DNA of 64,000 nt from Acidobacteriota bacterium (GTDB taxonomy: Bacteria; Acidobacteriota; UBA6911; RPQK01; JADFOI01), in the NCBI GenBank assembly GCA_963663035.1, contig OY760074.1, positions 320,001 to 384,000 on the forward strand. The letters are read 5' to 3'. Below, piece by piece: positions 18,035 to 27,906 of this stretch (position 1 is its first letter; every line of letters starts with the position of its first letter). The translations under genes were made by a program, and so were the position numbers. The notes under the pieces were generated by a model. The model did no database searches and was not told where the DNA came from. It saw only the letters and a program-made list of their open reading frames with translations.

Positions 18035-19075
18035 CTAAGAGGTGGCAACCTTCGGTTGGTGCAAGGTTTTTTCTTCCAGTTCCAGATAGGGGTGAATAGC
18101 CCTTACAAGCTCCTGGAATTCTTCTGGCACAAGTGCCTGAAAGCCATCGGAAAGAGCTGTCTCGGGGCTGGGATGCACCTCCACCATGAGACCATCTGCT
18201 CCCGCGGCAATGGCTGCTTTACACATGGGCCCAATGAGTGATTTCACTCCGGTTCCGTGGGTGGGATCCGCAATAACCGGTAGATGGGACCACTCCTTCA
18301 TCAGGGCAACAGCCGACAGATCCAGAGTGTTGCGCATGGAGTCCTCAAAACTGCGAATGCCCCGTTCACACAAAATGACAGAGGGATTGCCGCTGCTTAA
18401 GATATATTCTGCGGACATCAGGGTTTCCTTAATAGTACACATCATCCCCCGTTTCAGGAGTATGGGACGAGTGACCTTGCCAAGCTTTTTGAGCAAGGCA
18501 AAGTTTTGCATATTGCGGGCCCCTACCTGCATCACATCGGCGTATTCTGCCACCAGTTCCACATTTTCCGAAGAGAGGATCTCCGTGACAATCGGGAGTC
18601 CCGTTTCCTGGCGAGCCTTGGCAAGGAGCTCTAAACCTTCCTTCTCGAGTCCCTGAAAACTGTAGGGTGAGGTTCTCGGTTTAAAGGCTCCTCCCCGCAG
18701 CAAATTGGCCCCTGACTTTTTGACTGCCCGGGCAGCTTCAATGATCTGCTTTTCGCTCTCCACTGAGCAGGGGCCTGCAATCAAGGCGAAGCCTCCTTTG
18801 CCTATCTGAACATTGCTGACCTCGATGACTGTCTGTTCCCTGCGCATTTCGCGGGAGGCCAGCTTGAAAGGTTTGAGGATAGGGATGACGTTTTCCACCC
18901 CCTCGACGCTAACCAGTTTTTCCAGAAGACGCTTGCCGCGTTCGTCTCCAATGGCCCCGATGACAGTGCGCTCGACTCCATGAATCGGATGAGGCTCGTA
19001 GCCCAGCTCCTTAATCCGATCCATGACATGCTTAATTTTTTTGGGCGAAGCCCCGGCCTGCATCACTATGATCAT
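18035..19075 (-). CDS. aroF: 3-deoxy-7-phosphoheptulonate synthase (type I-beta, with N-terminal regulatory domain)
   Basis: [56 protein letters not shown]. Confidence 0.95.
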   Translation of the reverse strand: MIIVMQAGASPKKIKHVMDRIKELGYEPHPIHGVERTVIGAIGDERGKRLLEKLVSVEGVENVIPILKPFKLASREMRREQTVIEVSNVQIGKGGFALIAGPCSVESEKQIIEAARAVKKSGANLLRGGAFKPRTSPYSFQGLEKEGLELLAKARQETGLPIVTEILSSENVELVAEYADVMQVGARNMQNFALLKKLGKVTRPILLKRGMMCTIKETLMSAEYILSSGNPSVILCERGIRSFEDSMRNTLDLSAVALMKEWSHLPVIADPTHGTGVKSLIGPMCKAAIAAGADGLMVEVHPSPETALSDGFQALVPEEFQELVRAIHPYLELEEKTLHQPKVATS

Positions 19076-19087
19076 GTCAAACTCTCC

Positions 19088-20047
19088 TTACTCTTCCTCG
19101 GGAGCCACGGATTTCTGAAAGGTGATGACCGTGTCAACGATGCCGATTTCGACCCGGCGATTCTTTGCTCGCGCTTCTTCGCTGCTTCCAGTTATCAGTG
19201 GTCTGGACTTGCCGAAGCCCTCGGTGGTGATCATCTCCGGGGTAATTCCGTTATCGGCCAGGTAGTCTCGGACACTCAGGGCACGCCTTTTGGAGAGCTC
19301 CAGATTGTATTCTTCAGAACCGATGCTGTCGGTGTGACCATACACGTAGATCCCGTAATCCTTGGAGGTCAGCAAAATACCGACGATTCTACTCAGCAGT
19401 TCCCGATTCTCCGGCGTGAGAGTTGCCTTGTCGAACTCGAACTGCATGGAGTCACTTCCTAGAGTCATGACCAGTCCCAGGGCGGTTCTACGGGTTTTTC
19501 CAATCCGGTTCAAAGCCGTCTGTAAGCGGTTCAGCTCATCGTCTCGTTCCTTGCGGATGCGCTCGGCTTCCTCTTGGGCAAGCCGTGCTTCCTCTTGGGC
19601 AAGCCCTACTTCTTCCTGGGCGAATCTGGCCTTTTCCTGAGCGAATTGTGCCTCTTCCTGAGCCAGCTTTGCGTCCTGGTTCGCTCTCTGGGCTTCCTCT
19701 CGAGCCTGCTCAGCTGTCTCCTGGGCTGCCGCTTGTTCCGCCTCTGCCTGATCCCTGCCGCGGGCTGCCTCCAGGGCGCTCTCCTCGGCCCGGGATGCTT
19801 GTGTGCTGGAGGCTTCCGCTTTCTCTGCCACGACTTCGAGTTCCTCGATCGCTCCTTCCACTTGCTGGCTGAGATCGGCAACTTGCTGGTTGAGCTCGGT
19901 GAGGCGGTTCAAAAAGAGGTATCCCATGATTCCCAGGATGGTTAGCCCACATAGCATCAACAGCAAAGTACCCCAGAGAGGGAACCTTCTGCTTTTCTCT
20001 GAAGCTAGCTCTTTGGCTGATTTGGGAGGTTCACGGAAGAAGGACAT
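19088..20047 (-). CDS. Membrane-anchored coiled-coil protein with C-terminal OmpA-like peptidoglycan-binding domain
   Basis: N-terminal TM; AQEEA heptads; FEFDKATL, GHTDSIGSEEYNLELSKRRA, AKNRRVEI. Confidence 0.88.
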   Translation of the reverse strand: MSFFREPPKSAKELASEKSRRFPLWGTLLLMLCGLTILGIMGYLFLNRLTELNQQVADLSQQVEGAIEELEVVAEKAEASSTQASRAEESALEAARGRDQAEAEQAAAQETAEQAREEAQRANQDAKLAQEEAQFAQEKARFAQEEVGLAQEEARLAQEEAERIRKERDDELNRLQTALNRIGKTRRTALGLVMTLGSDSMQFEFDKATLTPENRELLSRIVGILLTSKDYGIYVYGHTDSIGSEEYNLELSKRRALSVRDYLADNGITPEMITTEGFGKSRPLITGSSEEARAKNRRVEIGIVDTVITFQKSVAPEEE

Positions 20048-20108
20048 GACTCGTATTGTAGCGCACTTGCGGGCCTCGAGGGCCGCAAGTGCGCTATGAC
20101 ATCCGCCT

Positions 20109-22103
20109 TCAGTTGGAGTTAGCGTAAATCTCGGCTAGAGACTTGCCCAGGTTCACGATATCCTCATCCTCAAAACTGTAAGCGGGCCCGACAGCCTCGA
20201 TTCCGAAGTCCCTCGCCAGTGGCTCCTGCAGCGCTATGAGTTTGCCACCCAGCATGGTCATCAGGGGACGGATTTTCAGAATGTCATCGATCGGAACGGT
20301 GAAGTAATCTCGGTCGATAATCAGCAGATCGGCGAATTTCCCTACCTCCAGCGTACCCAGCTGATCTGGCTTGGTGACATACTCAGCTGCCCAGGAGGTC
20401 CACATCTTTATGGCGTGTATCCTGTCTATTCTTTCTTCCGGCTGCCAGACCTGCCCATCGAACTTTCGGGTGATGGCCTGCCACAGTTGGAAGAAAGGAG
20501 GCTGGAACCCTGTTCCCACGCCGCCCTCGCCGCCGCCTGAGGCTCCACCCCCGTAGTGCTGTCCGACCACCTTCACGCCCGAGTCGATCCAGGTCTTAAG
20601 CGGAAGTATAAAATCGTTCATTTGTGGGCCGTAGTCCTTGATCCAGGAAGGGGACTCACTGATGAGATCGGGGCCGCAGCTCAATATGATCCCGTAGTCC
20701 TTCAGCTTCTGGATGATATCGGGTTGCTTTCCGATGACATCACAATGCTCCGTTGTCATCTGCAGGTCACGGATTTCCTCCATCGTCATCCCATTGGCAG
20801 CCCGCGCTTCGTCAATCATTCTGAAGTAAGCTCGAGCGCTTTCGCTGCCGCACATATGGACTCCTGCCAACCGCCATCCCGCCGTGAGGGCATTTTCCAG
20901 CACGTCCCAAGGCAGATCGCCCGGCTTCGGGCAGACTTCCCGCTCCTTGATGTGGGGTGGAGCCTGGGTATCCGGACCCGTACAGGATTCCGGATAGATC
21001 GAGTCCCAGCGCTCGGAAGCAACTCCGTCAATCCAAAAGTAATCATCGCCAATACCCTGCAGCACACCGGTGCGACGGTAGATTTGCCGGGTTTGCTCAG
21101 GCTCGGTGGGCATGCGGTGCACTTCATAGTGAGCGGACAAACGAATCGGCATTTGGCCCAGCCCAGCCAGGGTGGAATAGCCCGTCATCACTTTCGGAAA
21201 AGGAATGCGGGTGGACACGGTCGTGATTCCGAGAGCGGCGAACTGCTCCGAAGTGAGCTTCAGTGCCTCGGCCAGAGTTGCCGCTGGCAGCTGCGCAAGA
21301 AACAGTTCCCAGGTAATGACAGACATCTCCTGGCTGCCCACCCAGCCGATTTCGGGAATGTCCTCGCCGATATCATCTCCGTGCATGGTTTCGTGAATGG
21401 AGGCCGAGTATCCGGGGAGGAACTCGTTCATGACCTCCAAGGCCCTGGAGTTCAGGTTGCCCCTTAACCCTGGGTTCACCAGAACCGGGTTTTCCGGCGT
21501 CCACAGGTCGATGGTCCTGCGGTTGATCAAGCGCCGGGTGAAACCCCAAAAGCGAGATTCGTCCGGAGCTTCCGGGTGACCGCGCAAGTTCAGCACGATC
21601 CACTCGCCCGGATTGACTTTCTTCACCGCCTCTTGAAGGGTATCTCGGATTATGGCTTGGGTTTGTTCCAGGTCTCGTTCGGCCCCAGCCGTAACAATAA
21701 TCCCATTGGGAGGGTATTTGAAGCCGAATCGTTCCAGATATCGGGTTGCGCCGCCGTAAATGTGCATGTGGGTTTCAATGATTCCCGGGAGCAGAGTCCG
21801 CCCCTTCAGGTCATGGATTTGAGTATCAGGTCCTGACAGGGCCCTCACCTCCTGATCCCTCCCCAGTTTCATGATCTTATCGCCCTTGACCGCGATGGCC
21901 TGGTAGATGCTTCCAACCTGAGTCGAGGTGGACTTGTCGTCCATACTGACGATCTTGCCATTGACAAAAATCGTATCGGCGTACCCGAAACTGGCGACTT
22001 CCGGCGGGAGCTGAGCCAAAGAGTCGGTGCCAGCAACCAGGAAAAATACGACCATACCCAGGGAACAAGCGACCGCTTTACTCATGGATGGATGAATTCT
22101 CAT
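20109..22103 (-). CDS. Secreted amidohydrolase family 3 protein (paralogue of 345-2240)
   Basis: YADTIFVNGKIVSMDD, DLKGRTLLPGIIETHMH, GTLEVGKFADLLIIDRDY; ATG 22103 follows AAGGAG. Confidence 0.85.
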   Translation of the reverse strand: MRIHPSMSKAVACSLGMVVFFLVAGTDSLAQLPPEVASFGYADTIFVNGKIVSMDDKSTSTQVGSIYQAIAVKGDKIMKLGRDQEVRALSGPDTQIHDLKGRTLLPGIIETHMHIYGGATRYLERFGFKYPPNGIIVTAGAERDLEQTQAIIRDTLQEAVKKVNPGEWIVLNLRGHPEAPDESRFWGFTRRLINRRTIDLWTPENPVLVNPGLRGNLNSRALEVMNEFLPGYSASIHETMHGDDIGEDIPEIGWVGSQEMSVITWELFLAQLPAATLAEALKLTSEQFAALGITTVSTRIPFPKVMTGYSTLAGLGQMPIRLSAHYEVHRMPTEPEQTRQIYRRTGVLQGIGDDYFWIDGVASERWDSIYPESCTGPDTQAPPHIKEREVCPKPGDLPWDVLENALTAGWRLAGVHMCGSESARAYFRMIDEARAANGMTMEEIRDLQMTTEHCDVIGKQPDIIQKLKDYGIILSCGPDLISESPSWIKDYGPQMNDFILPLKTWIDSGVKVVGQHYGGGASGGGEGGVGTGFQPPFFQLWQAITRKFDGQVWQPEERIDRIHAIKMWTSWAAEYVTKPDQLGTLEVGKFADLLIIDRDYFTVPIDDILKIRPLMTMLGGKLIALQEPLARDFGIEAVGPAYSFEDEDIVNLGKSLAEIYANSN

Positions 22104-22143
22104 GATGTCTCCTTTGTTCTTAATACCAATCAAGAATTTTGAC

Positions 22144-22794
22144 CTAAATACCAGGAGCAGTCACCGCCTCTTTAAATGCGTCTAAGTCAGAGTCCCCATA
22201 GTGATAGGGATAAACAACTTTAGGCCTGAAGGTATTGACACACTCTGCTGCTTCCTGGGGTGTCATCGTGGAAGGGAGATTCATGCAAACAAGTGCGACG
22301 TCGATGTCCTGGAGTTGCTTCATCTCCGGAATGCATTCCGTATCTCCGGAAAGATAGATCCGCTCGCTCCCAAACGACAGGATGTAGCCGTTTCCCCTTC
22401 CTTTCGTGTGATAAAGCTGTCCCGGCTGTGGCCCGCGCTGGAGGTTATACATGGCAATCGCTTCGATTTGAACACCGATCACCTCAGTCGTTTCACCGTT
22501 GTTCAGAATCCTGGCTTCAGTGACCGTTTTCTGAACTTCAGCCGGTGCGATGATCACCGTGTCTGATTTCCGCACTTTGGCGATCTGCTCTGGATCCATA
22601 TGATCTCCATGAACGTCGGTGATCAGGATCAGGTCAGCAGGAGGAAGATTCTGGTAATCTCCTTGGCTCCAGGGATCCACATAGATGGTCTTGTTCTGCC
22701 AGCGGAGAACAACTGAGCCGTGGGTGATCGGGGTAATCTCCACCTGGCCTTCAGTGGGTAAGAAAAGAAGGGAAAGGAGCAAGAAAAAGTTCAT
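22144..22794 (-). CDS. MBL-fold metallo-hydrolase (lactamase B-like); ends at a TAG followed by 7 family-like codons
   Basis: HGS, YVDP, LITDVHGDH, YLSGDTE, PYHY; reading past TAG gives VKILDWY then TAA at 22120. Confidence 0.85.
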   Translation of the reverse strand: MNFFLLLSLLFLPTEGQVEITPITHGSVVLRWQNKTIYVDPWSQGDYQNLPPADLILITDVHGDHMDPEQIAKVRKSDTVIIAPAEVQKTVTEARILNNGETTEVIGVQIEAIAMYNLQRGPQPGQLYHTKGRGNGYILSFGSERIYLSGDTECIPEMKQLQDIDVALVCMNLPSTMTPQEAAECVNTFRPKVVYPYHYGDSDLDAFKEAVTAPGI

Positions 22795-22917
22795 GATTAT
22801 TCTCCTTGAGAACTGAGAAACTCTTATTGTACGGTGATAACCTTACCACCTTCCTGCCGGAATTTGAAGGTACAAAAACCATCTCCTGAGGATGTGAGAA
22901 GATGAGGTTGAAAGCAG

Positions 22918-23892
22918 ATGTTGATTGCATCGCTGCTGGCAGCAGTCATGCTGGCATACGCCAACGGAGCCAATGACAATTTCAAAGGGGTGGCCACTCT
23001 TTTCGGAAGTCAAACCTCGGATTACCGGCGTGCCTTGATTTGGGCATGCGGGACCACGCTGGCCGGGTCGCTGACTGCCGCCTGGGTTGCGGGGGAGCTT
23101 TTATACAGATTTTCGGGCCGGGGCCTGGTTCCCGATGCCATTGCCGCTTCCCCCTCATTCTCTGCCTCAGTCGGACTAGCAGCGGCAGTCACAGTCCTGC
23201 TCGCCTCCTATCTGGGGCTTCCTGTTTCAACCACACATGCCTTGACGGGAGCACTGGTGGGCGCTGGTTTGGTGCATGCAGCCAGAGAAGTTGCTTTCTC
23301 CCAGCTGGGCACTGCCTTTCTTGCTCCACTGCTCCTCAGTCCGTTGCTGGCAATGATCTGCTCGGCGGGAATCTATCGAATCTTCAGAGGGCAGAACGAG
23401 GCAGGGGATTTCCGGGGCGTCCCAAAAGCTAAGGTACTGGACAAACTTCATTACCTGAGTGCAGGAACGGTTGGGTTTGCGCGAGGACTGAATGACACAC
23501 CTAAAATTGCCGCTCTTCTGGTCACCAGCAGCACCCTATTACCCGTCACCCGCTATGGACTGATAGCTGTGTTTATTGCCGTGGGAGGTTGGTTATCAGC
23601 ACGTCCAGTGGCGGAAACCTTGAGTCATAAAGTGACCTCCATGACTCCAGGTCAAGGTTTCTCAGCTAATCTGGTGACCTCAGTGTTGGTTATGTTTGCC
23701 TCTGCACTGGGGATGCCTGTCTCGACAACCCACGTGAGTGTGGGTTCCTTGTTTGGAATTGGGCTCTTGTCAGGCAGTGCCAATAAACGCGTGATTGTCT
23801 CCATTTTGTCTTCCTGGGTGGGAACGTTGCCTCTGGCAGCAGCCATCGCGGGAGTTCTCTGCTGGGCCCTCATGTCCCTTTCCATGACATAA
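22918..23892 (+). CDS. PiT family inorganic phosphate/sulfate transporter
   Basis: NGANDNF, GLPVSTTH, ARGLNDTPK, GMPVSTTH signatures. Confidence 0.88.
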   Translation: MLIASLLAAVMLAYANGANDNFKGVATLFGSQTSDYRRALIWACGTTLAGSLTAAWVAGELLYRFSGRGLVPDAIAASPSFSASVGLAAAVTVLLASYLGLPVSTTHALTGALVGAGLVHAAREVAFSQLGTAFLAPLLLSPLLAMICSAGIYRIFRGQNEAGDFRGVPKAKVLDKLHYLSAGTVGFARGLNDTPKIAALLVTSSTLLPVTRYGLIAVFIAVGGWLSARPVAETLSHKVTSMTPGQGFSANLVTSVLVMFASALGMPVSTTHVSVGSLFGIGLLSGSANKRVIVSILSSWVGTLPLAAAIAGVLCWALMSLSMT

Positions 23893-23948
23893 TTTTGGAA
23901 TAAAAACCCCTCCTTTTGACATTTCTATTAGTTGAAAGGGAGGCTTTT

Positions 23949-24701
23949 ATGAGTACGGCACAGGTTCGATGTGAGGAGCTCGTGAGCGTGGACCGAGTTT
24001 GGCACTTGAGACAGTCTGGCCTTTTGGATGGGCTCGCACTCTCTGATCTCAATGCTGTCCTGTCCGCTTGTAGGGACCGGATCTACCCAAAGGGAGATCT
24101 TGTTTTCCATCAAGGCGATCCTGTCGATTCACTGTTTATCCTGAATCGCGGATGCGTCAGGATTTCAGTTGTCAGTCCCCAGAATCGGGAGAAGATACTA
24201 GGTCTCTATACGGCTGGTATTCTGGGAGAAAACGTACTGGGTCCCAACCAAAGTTTTCAGGCGCAGGCGACAGCACACGAGGAATCCTGGGTATCGATCA
24301 TTTCCCGCGATCAATTTGCTATTCTTATTCAACAACGGGTGCCCATCGCGCTGAATTATGCGAGGATTTTGAGCCAGAGGCTGCTGGAAGCTCAAGAAGA
24401 TATCAAGGCTCACAGTTTTCTTGACACCGAGCACCGACTTGGAAAATTGCTTCTCAAGGTGGCTGAGAGACATGGTCAGCCCCTTCTCAGGAATGAGGCC
24501 GTGGTCAAGCTCAAGATTGCACTATCTCATGAGCACCTGGCTCAATTGGTTGGCGGAAATCGACCCCATGTGTCCATGATTATGTCGAAATTTAAAAGGC
24601 AGGGGTGGATCGCATACCAGGGACGAAAGCTCCTCATCCATCGGGAAGCAATGGAAGATTCGCTGCAAGGTCCCGATAATGGTTTGCCATCTCCTGAATG
24701 A
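23949..24701 (+). CDS. Crp/Fnr family transcriptional regulator
   Basis: cNMP-binding VFHQGDP...LGE; HTH LSHEHLAQLVGGNRPHVS. Confidence 0.88.
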   Translation: MSTAQVRCEELVSVDRVWHLRQSGLLDGLALSDLNAVLSACRDRIYPKGDLVFHQGDPVDSLFILNRGCVRISVVSPQNREKILGLYTAGILGENVLGPNQSFQAQATAHEESWVSIISRDQFAILIQQRVPIALNYARILSQRLLEAQEDIKAHSFLDTEHRLGKLLLKVAERHGQPLLRNEAVVKLKIALSHEHLAQLVGGNRPHVSMIMSKFKRQGWIAYQGRKLLIHREAMEDSLQGPDNGLPSPE

Positions 24702-25251
24702 CGAAAACGTGAAGCTGCATCGGAATCGAAGAGAAAAGGCCCAGTTTCTTGAGGAGGCGTTACCCCATATGGGATCTCTCTATCGAGTCTCTTTGAATAT
24801 GACAAAACAAGTTGATCAGGCCGAGGATCTGGTACAGGAGACTTTCCAGGAAGCTTGGAAATCCTTCCATCGCTACTCACCCGGTACCGACTGTAAGGCC
24901 TGGTTGTTCCGGATCATGTTTCGACTTCGGAACAAACAAGCACGGCTGGCACGGTGGTGGAAACCAGTGGATATCGATTCGATTCCCGAAGGGCGATTGG
25001 CGGTGGAACCCGATTTTGAACAAAACATTGAACGTCAAGAGGTGTTGAGAATTCTTCGATCCCTGCCGGAGCATTACCAAGTGGTGTTGATTTTGGCAGA
25101 CATGGAAGAGTTTCGGTATTCTGAGATTGCTCAGATGCTGAAACTTCCGATCGGGACGGTCATGTCGCGTTTGAACCGGGCACGTAGCCTTTTTCGTCAG
25201 AAATTCTTACAAGAACCGAGGGACAGTCAAAGTGCCAATGAAAGTGCCTAA
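24679..25251 (+). CDS. ECF sigma-70 family sigma factor
   Basis: AEDLVQETF, KAWLFRI, YSEIAQMLKLPIGTVMSRLNRAR; start may be GTG 24709. Confidence 0.9.
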   Translation: MVCHLLNDENVKLHRNRREKAQFLEEALPHMGSLYRVSLNMTKQVDQAEDLVQETFQEAWKSFHRYSPGTDCKAWLFRIMFRLRNKQARLARWWKPVDIDSIPEGRLAVEPDFEQNIERQEVLRILRSLPEHYQVVLILADMEEFRYSEIAQMLKLPIGTVMSRLNRARSLFRQKFLQEPRDSQSANESA

Positions 25252-25260
25252 GGAGAAGAT

Positions 25261-26082
25261 ATGAGAGAGGTCAGTGTGTTTGAATCAAAAGACTGTGGGC
25301 GTATTCAGAAGTTATTGGATCACTTTCTGGCTGGAGAGTTGACGGTTGAAACCAACCAGGAAATTCTGTTGCACCTGGAGAACTGTTCGACCTGCCGACA
25401 GGAGGAAAAGTCACGACTGGAAGCACGTCGGGTCTTGAGCAAAGGCTGGGTCTCCCAGCCGATTCCGCCTGACCTCGAGGATAAGATCGTCAAGGGTCTG
25501 GAAGCCAAACAGGGCCCGCTACCGGCATCCCTCCTGCGGGCGGCTGGGTTCTTCCTCATGGTCCTCGGCCTGGGTGCAGCACTCTTGTTCTTCCCCTGGC
25601 TGGGCGAGAACGGTGGAACCCTCCTGGCAGGCAGCCATTATGATCAGATCGTGGGTGACCATTTACACTGTTCTGGGCACCCGACTCCTGCGGAATCCGT
25701 CATGCCATTGGATTCTGTTCAGCCCAGTCTGGAGGCGGCTCTCCATGAGATGGGTGAGTCCTATCAGCTGGTGGCGATAAGACTCTGCCGGATTGGAGAA
25801 GTTGCACTCATTCACTATGTGTTCGAGGGCGAAGGCCGGAGCATGTCTCTGCTCCTGGAAGAGAAGTCGAATCTCCAACACCTGGCTCTTCAGGGAGATG
25901 AACCTGAAAGAGTTTTGGACGGCATGAAAGTCATCCTTCTGGAGGAAGATCAAGCCCTCATTACACTGGCCGGACTGGAGACCTCAGACTACTTTGTCTA
26001 CCTGGTCAGTGAGGAAGAGGAGCCGGGACAGACCTTTCAACTGGCTGAAGAGCTCATTCCATCCTTGAAAGCCGCCCTCTGA
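25261..26082 (+). CDS. Zinc-finger (zf-HC2) transmembrane anti-sigma factor
   Basis: HLENCSTC motif, central TM, directly downstream of the ECF sigma. Confidence 0.85.
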   Translation: MREVSVFESKDCGRIQKLLDHFLAGELTVETNQEILLHLENCSTCRQEEKSRLEARRVLSKGWVSQPIPPDLEDKIVKGLEAKQGPLPASLLRAAGFFLMVLGLGAALLFFPWLGENGGTLLAGSHYDQIVGDHLHCSGHPTPAESVMPLDSVQPSLEAALHEMGESYQLVAIRLCRIGEVALIHYVFEGEGRSMSLLLEEKSNLQHLALQGDEPERVLDGMKVILLEEDQALITLAGLETSDYFVYLVSEEEEPGQTFQLAEELIPSLKAAL

Positions 26083-26115
26083 TAACGGCTGAGGTATCTG
26101 ATTCCCAGGAGAGAC

Positions 26116-26274
26116 CTCCGGAGCCCCGAAGGGGCGACAGGAAATAGCCCAGGGCGCAGCCTTGGGTTAGGGGGATTCTGTTCTCCGGAGCCCCGAAGGG
26201 GCGACAGGAAATAGCCCAGGGCGCAGCCTTGGGTTAGTGGCATTTTGTCCTCCGGAGCCCTGTAAGGGCGGCAC
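26116..26274. repeat. REP-type palindromic repeat array (67-bp period) at the 3' side of the HUH transposase
   Basis: Identical 55-mers at 26116-26170 and 26183-26237 (GCCCCGAAGGGGC and CCCAGGGCGCAGCCTTGGG hairpins) plus a partial unit at 26250. Confidence 0.85.
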
Positions 26275-26287
26275 TCCCGCGAAGGGT

Positions 26288-26740
26288 TCAATCCCACAAG
26301 TAACGATGGTCATACTCCACCCGGTGCTGCTTCAAGAGAAATTGGAGTTCTTCTCTGAATGTCCTTTTCCGATGATGTTGCTCCTGGTTCTCGATGTACT
26401 GCTTTATAGGTTCAAGCTGCGAGAGACTTACTGAAAAGGCCGAGTACCCGTTTTGCCAGGCAAAACGACTGAGATTGGGAGAGCTTTCGTGAATCCATCG
26501 GGACGAATTCGATTTGATTTCTCGCACGGCGACCGAGACAGACATCTGTCGAGCGAGAGATACGAGAAGATGAAGGTGATCGGGCATTCCTCCAGCGGCC
26601 AGAAGTTTACTCTGATTTGAGCGCAAGATGCCGGCTATGAATTGATGCAGTTGTGGCTGAATCTCGCGGGAGATTCCCCGGCGTCGGTGTTTTGTACTGA
26701 AAACCAAATGGAAGATCAGGCTGGACAAAGATTGAGACAT
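26288..26740 (-). CDS. tnpA: HUH Y1 transposase (IS200/IS605 TnpA-like, REP-associated RAYT type)
   Basis: FHLVFSTK, DHLHLL (HUH), AWQNGY, YIENQEQHH (catalytic Tyr). Confidence 0.9.
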   Translation of the reverse strand: MSQSLSSLIFHLVFSTKHRRRGISREIQPQLHQFIAGILRSNQSKLLAAGGMPDHLHLLVSLARQMSVSVAVREIKSNSSRWIHESSPNLSRFAWQNGYSAFSVSLSQLEPIKQYIENQEQHHRKRTFREELQFLLKQHRVEYDHRYLWD

Positions 26741-26819
26741 GTTCTCGGAGACCCTGGCGACAATGCTTCCTTCTTACTAAAACGTTTGAATCTACAAATC
26801 TGCGAAACTTTTCTCGTTT

Positions 26820-26968
26820 GTGCCGCCCTTTCAGGGCTCAGATCTTCGCCTTCCGTGTTCCCAGGGCTGTGCCCTGGGCTATTTCATTTCGCCCCTTCGG
26901 GGCTCCGGAGGTGTCTCCTGTCACACCCTGCCACCCGGTTCGTCTTCCTGTCGTCCCAACGGGGCTCA
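26820..26968. repeat. REP-type repeats in inverted orientation at the 5' side of the HUH transposase
   Basis: GTGCCGCCCTTTCAGGGCTC and CCCAGGGCTGTGCCCTGGGCTATTTC...GCCCCTTCGGGGCTCCGGAG are reverse-complement variants of the 26116-26274 units. Confidence 0.8.
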
Positions 26969-26988
26969 AGAGCATCTAGCCCTGTTCC

Positions 26989-27906
26989 TCAGCACAGCTG
27001 TTGCCAAGCGGTGCCCTCGAATCCCCCAACAGATGCTTCGGGATGGATGATTTCGGTGAGTATCTGCAGCGACTCCACTAAACGCGGGCCGGGCCGGTTG
27101 AAGTACTGAAGGCCGTCCGTGACATAGACGCGGTGATCTTTCACGGCCTTCAAAGAACTCCACTGCGGCTGATCAGTCAACCAGTACATCTCTTCTCTGG
27201 TTCTTTTCATATCGAAGCCGCAGGGCAAGACCACCAGGATGTCCGGATCACTCTCCAGAAGTTCCTGCCAACTCATCCAAGAGGAATGCTTTCCACTCTC
27301 TCCCACCAAATTCTCTCCGCCAGCCATCTCCACCAGTTCCGGCATCCAATTTCCGGCTGCCATCAGCGGTTCCAGCCACTCAATACAGGCCACTCGAGGC
27401 CGTTTTGAAGCAGCCTGAGTTCGATCAGAGATCCGATGCATGCGCTGCTTGAGGTTTTCCACCAGTTCGTCACCTTTCCTCTCGATGCCCAGCGCATCAG
27501 CCACCCGACGCATGTCACTCCAGACGTCATCCAGTGCATCGGGCTGTAAGGAGACTATCCTGGGTTGGCAGGAGAGGCGTTTGCCAACCGCCTGCTCCAC
27601 ATCTGTCAGGCTGACGGCGCAAACTTCGCATTGAGTTTGAGTAATGATGTGGGTTGGCCTTAACTGCTCCAGAACCTCCTCAAAAACATCGTAAACGGAG
27701 AGCGCCTTGCGCAAGATATCTTTGACTTTCCGGTCGATCTCCCGGCTGTTTCCCGAAGTGGGGAAGGTGGGTTCCGTGCAGATGGGAAGCGAACCCACCG
27801 AGGTAGGAAAATCACATTCATGCGATCGACCCACCTGATTAGAGCCCATTTCTAGAGCGTGAACAATCTCGGTTGCGCTGGGAATGAGCGATACAATTCG
27901 AGTCAT
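26989..27906 (-). CDS. Cobalamin/siderophore-type periplasmic binding protein (BtuF-like, no obvious signal peptide)
   Basis: RIVSLIPSATEIV, VGRSHECD, EWLEPLMAAGNWMPEL, YFNRPGPRL; last gene of the B12 operon. Confidence 0.8.
   Translation of the reverse strand: MTRIVSLIPSATEIVHALEMGSNQVGRSHECDFPTSVGSLPICTEPTFPTSGNSREIDRKVKDILRKALSVYDVFEEVLEQLRPTHIITQTQCEVCAVSLTDVEQAVGKRLSCQPRIVSLQPDALDDVWSDMRRVADALGIERKGDELVENLKQRMHRISDRTQAASKRPRVACIEWLEPLMAAGNWMPELVEMAGGENLVGESGKHSSWMSWQELLESDPDILVVLPCGFDMKRTREEMYWLTDQPQWSSLKAVKDHRVYVTDGLQYFNRPGPRLVESLQILTEIIHPEASVGGFEGTAWQQLC

Noticed and set aside
20556-21467. Long antisense or alternative-frame ORFs (this and similar ones across the window)
   Set aside because: Shadow ORFs of well-supported genes in GC-rich DNA
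22144-22146. Pyrrolysine codon
   Set aside because: The expected residue is Glu, not a catalytic position, and there are no pyl genes in the window
26116-26274. CRISPR array
   Set aside because: Repeats are 55 bp with only 12-bp spacers, there are 2.5 units and no cas genes; better explained as REP-type repeats
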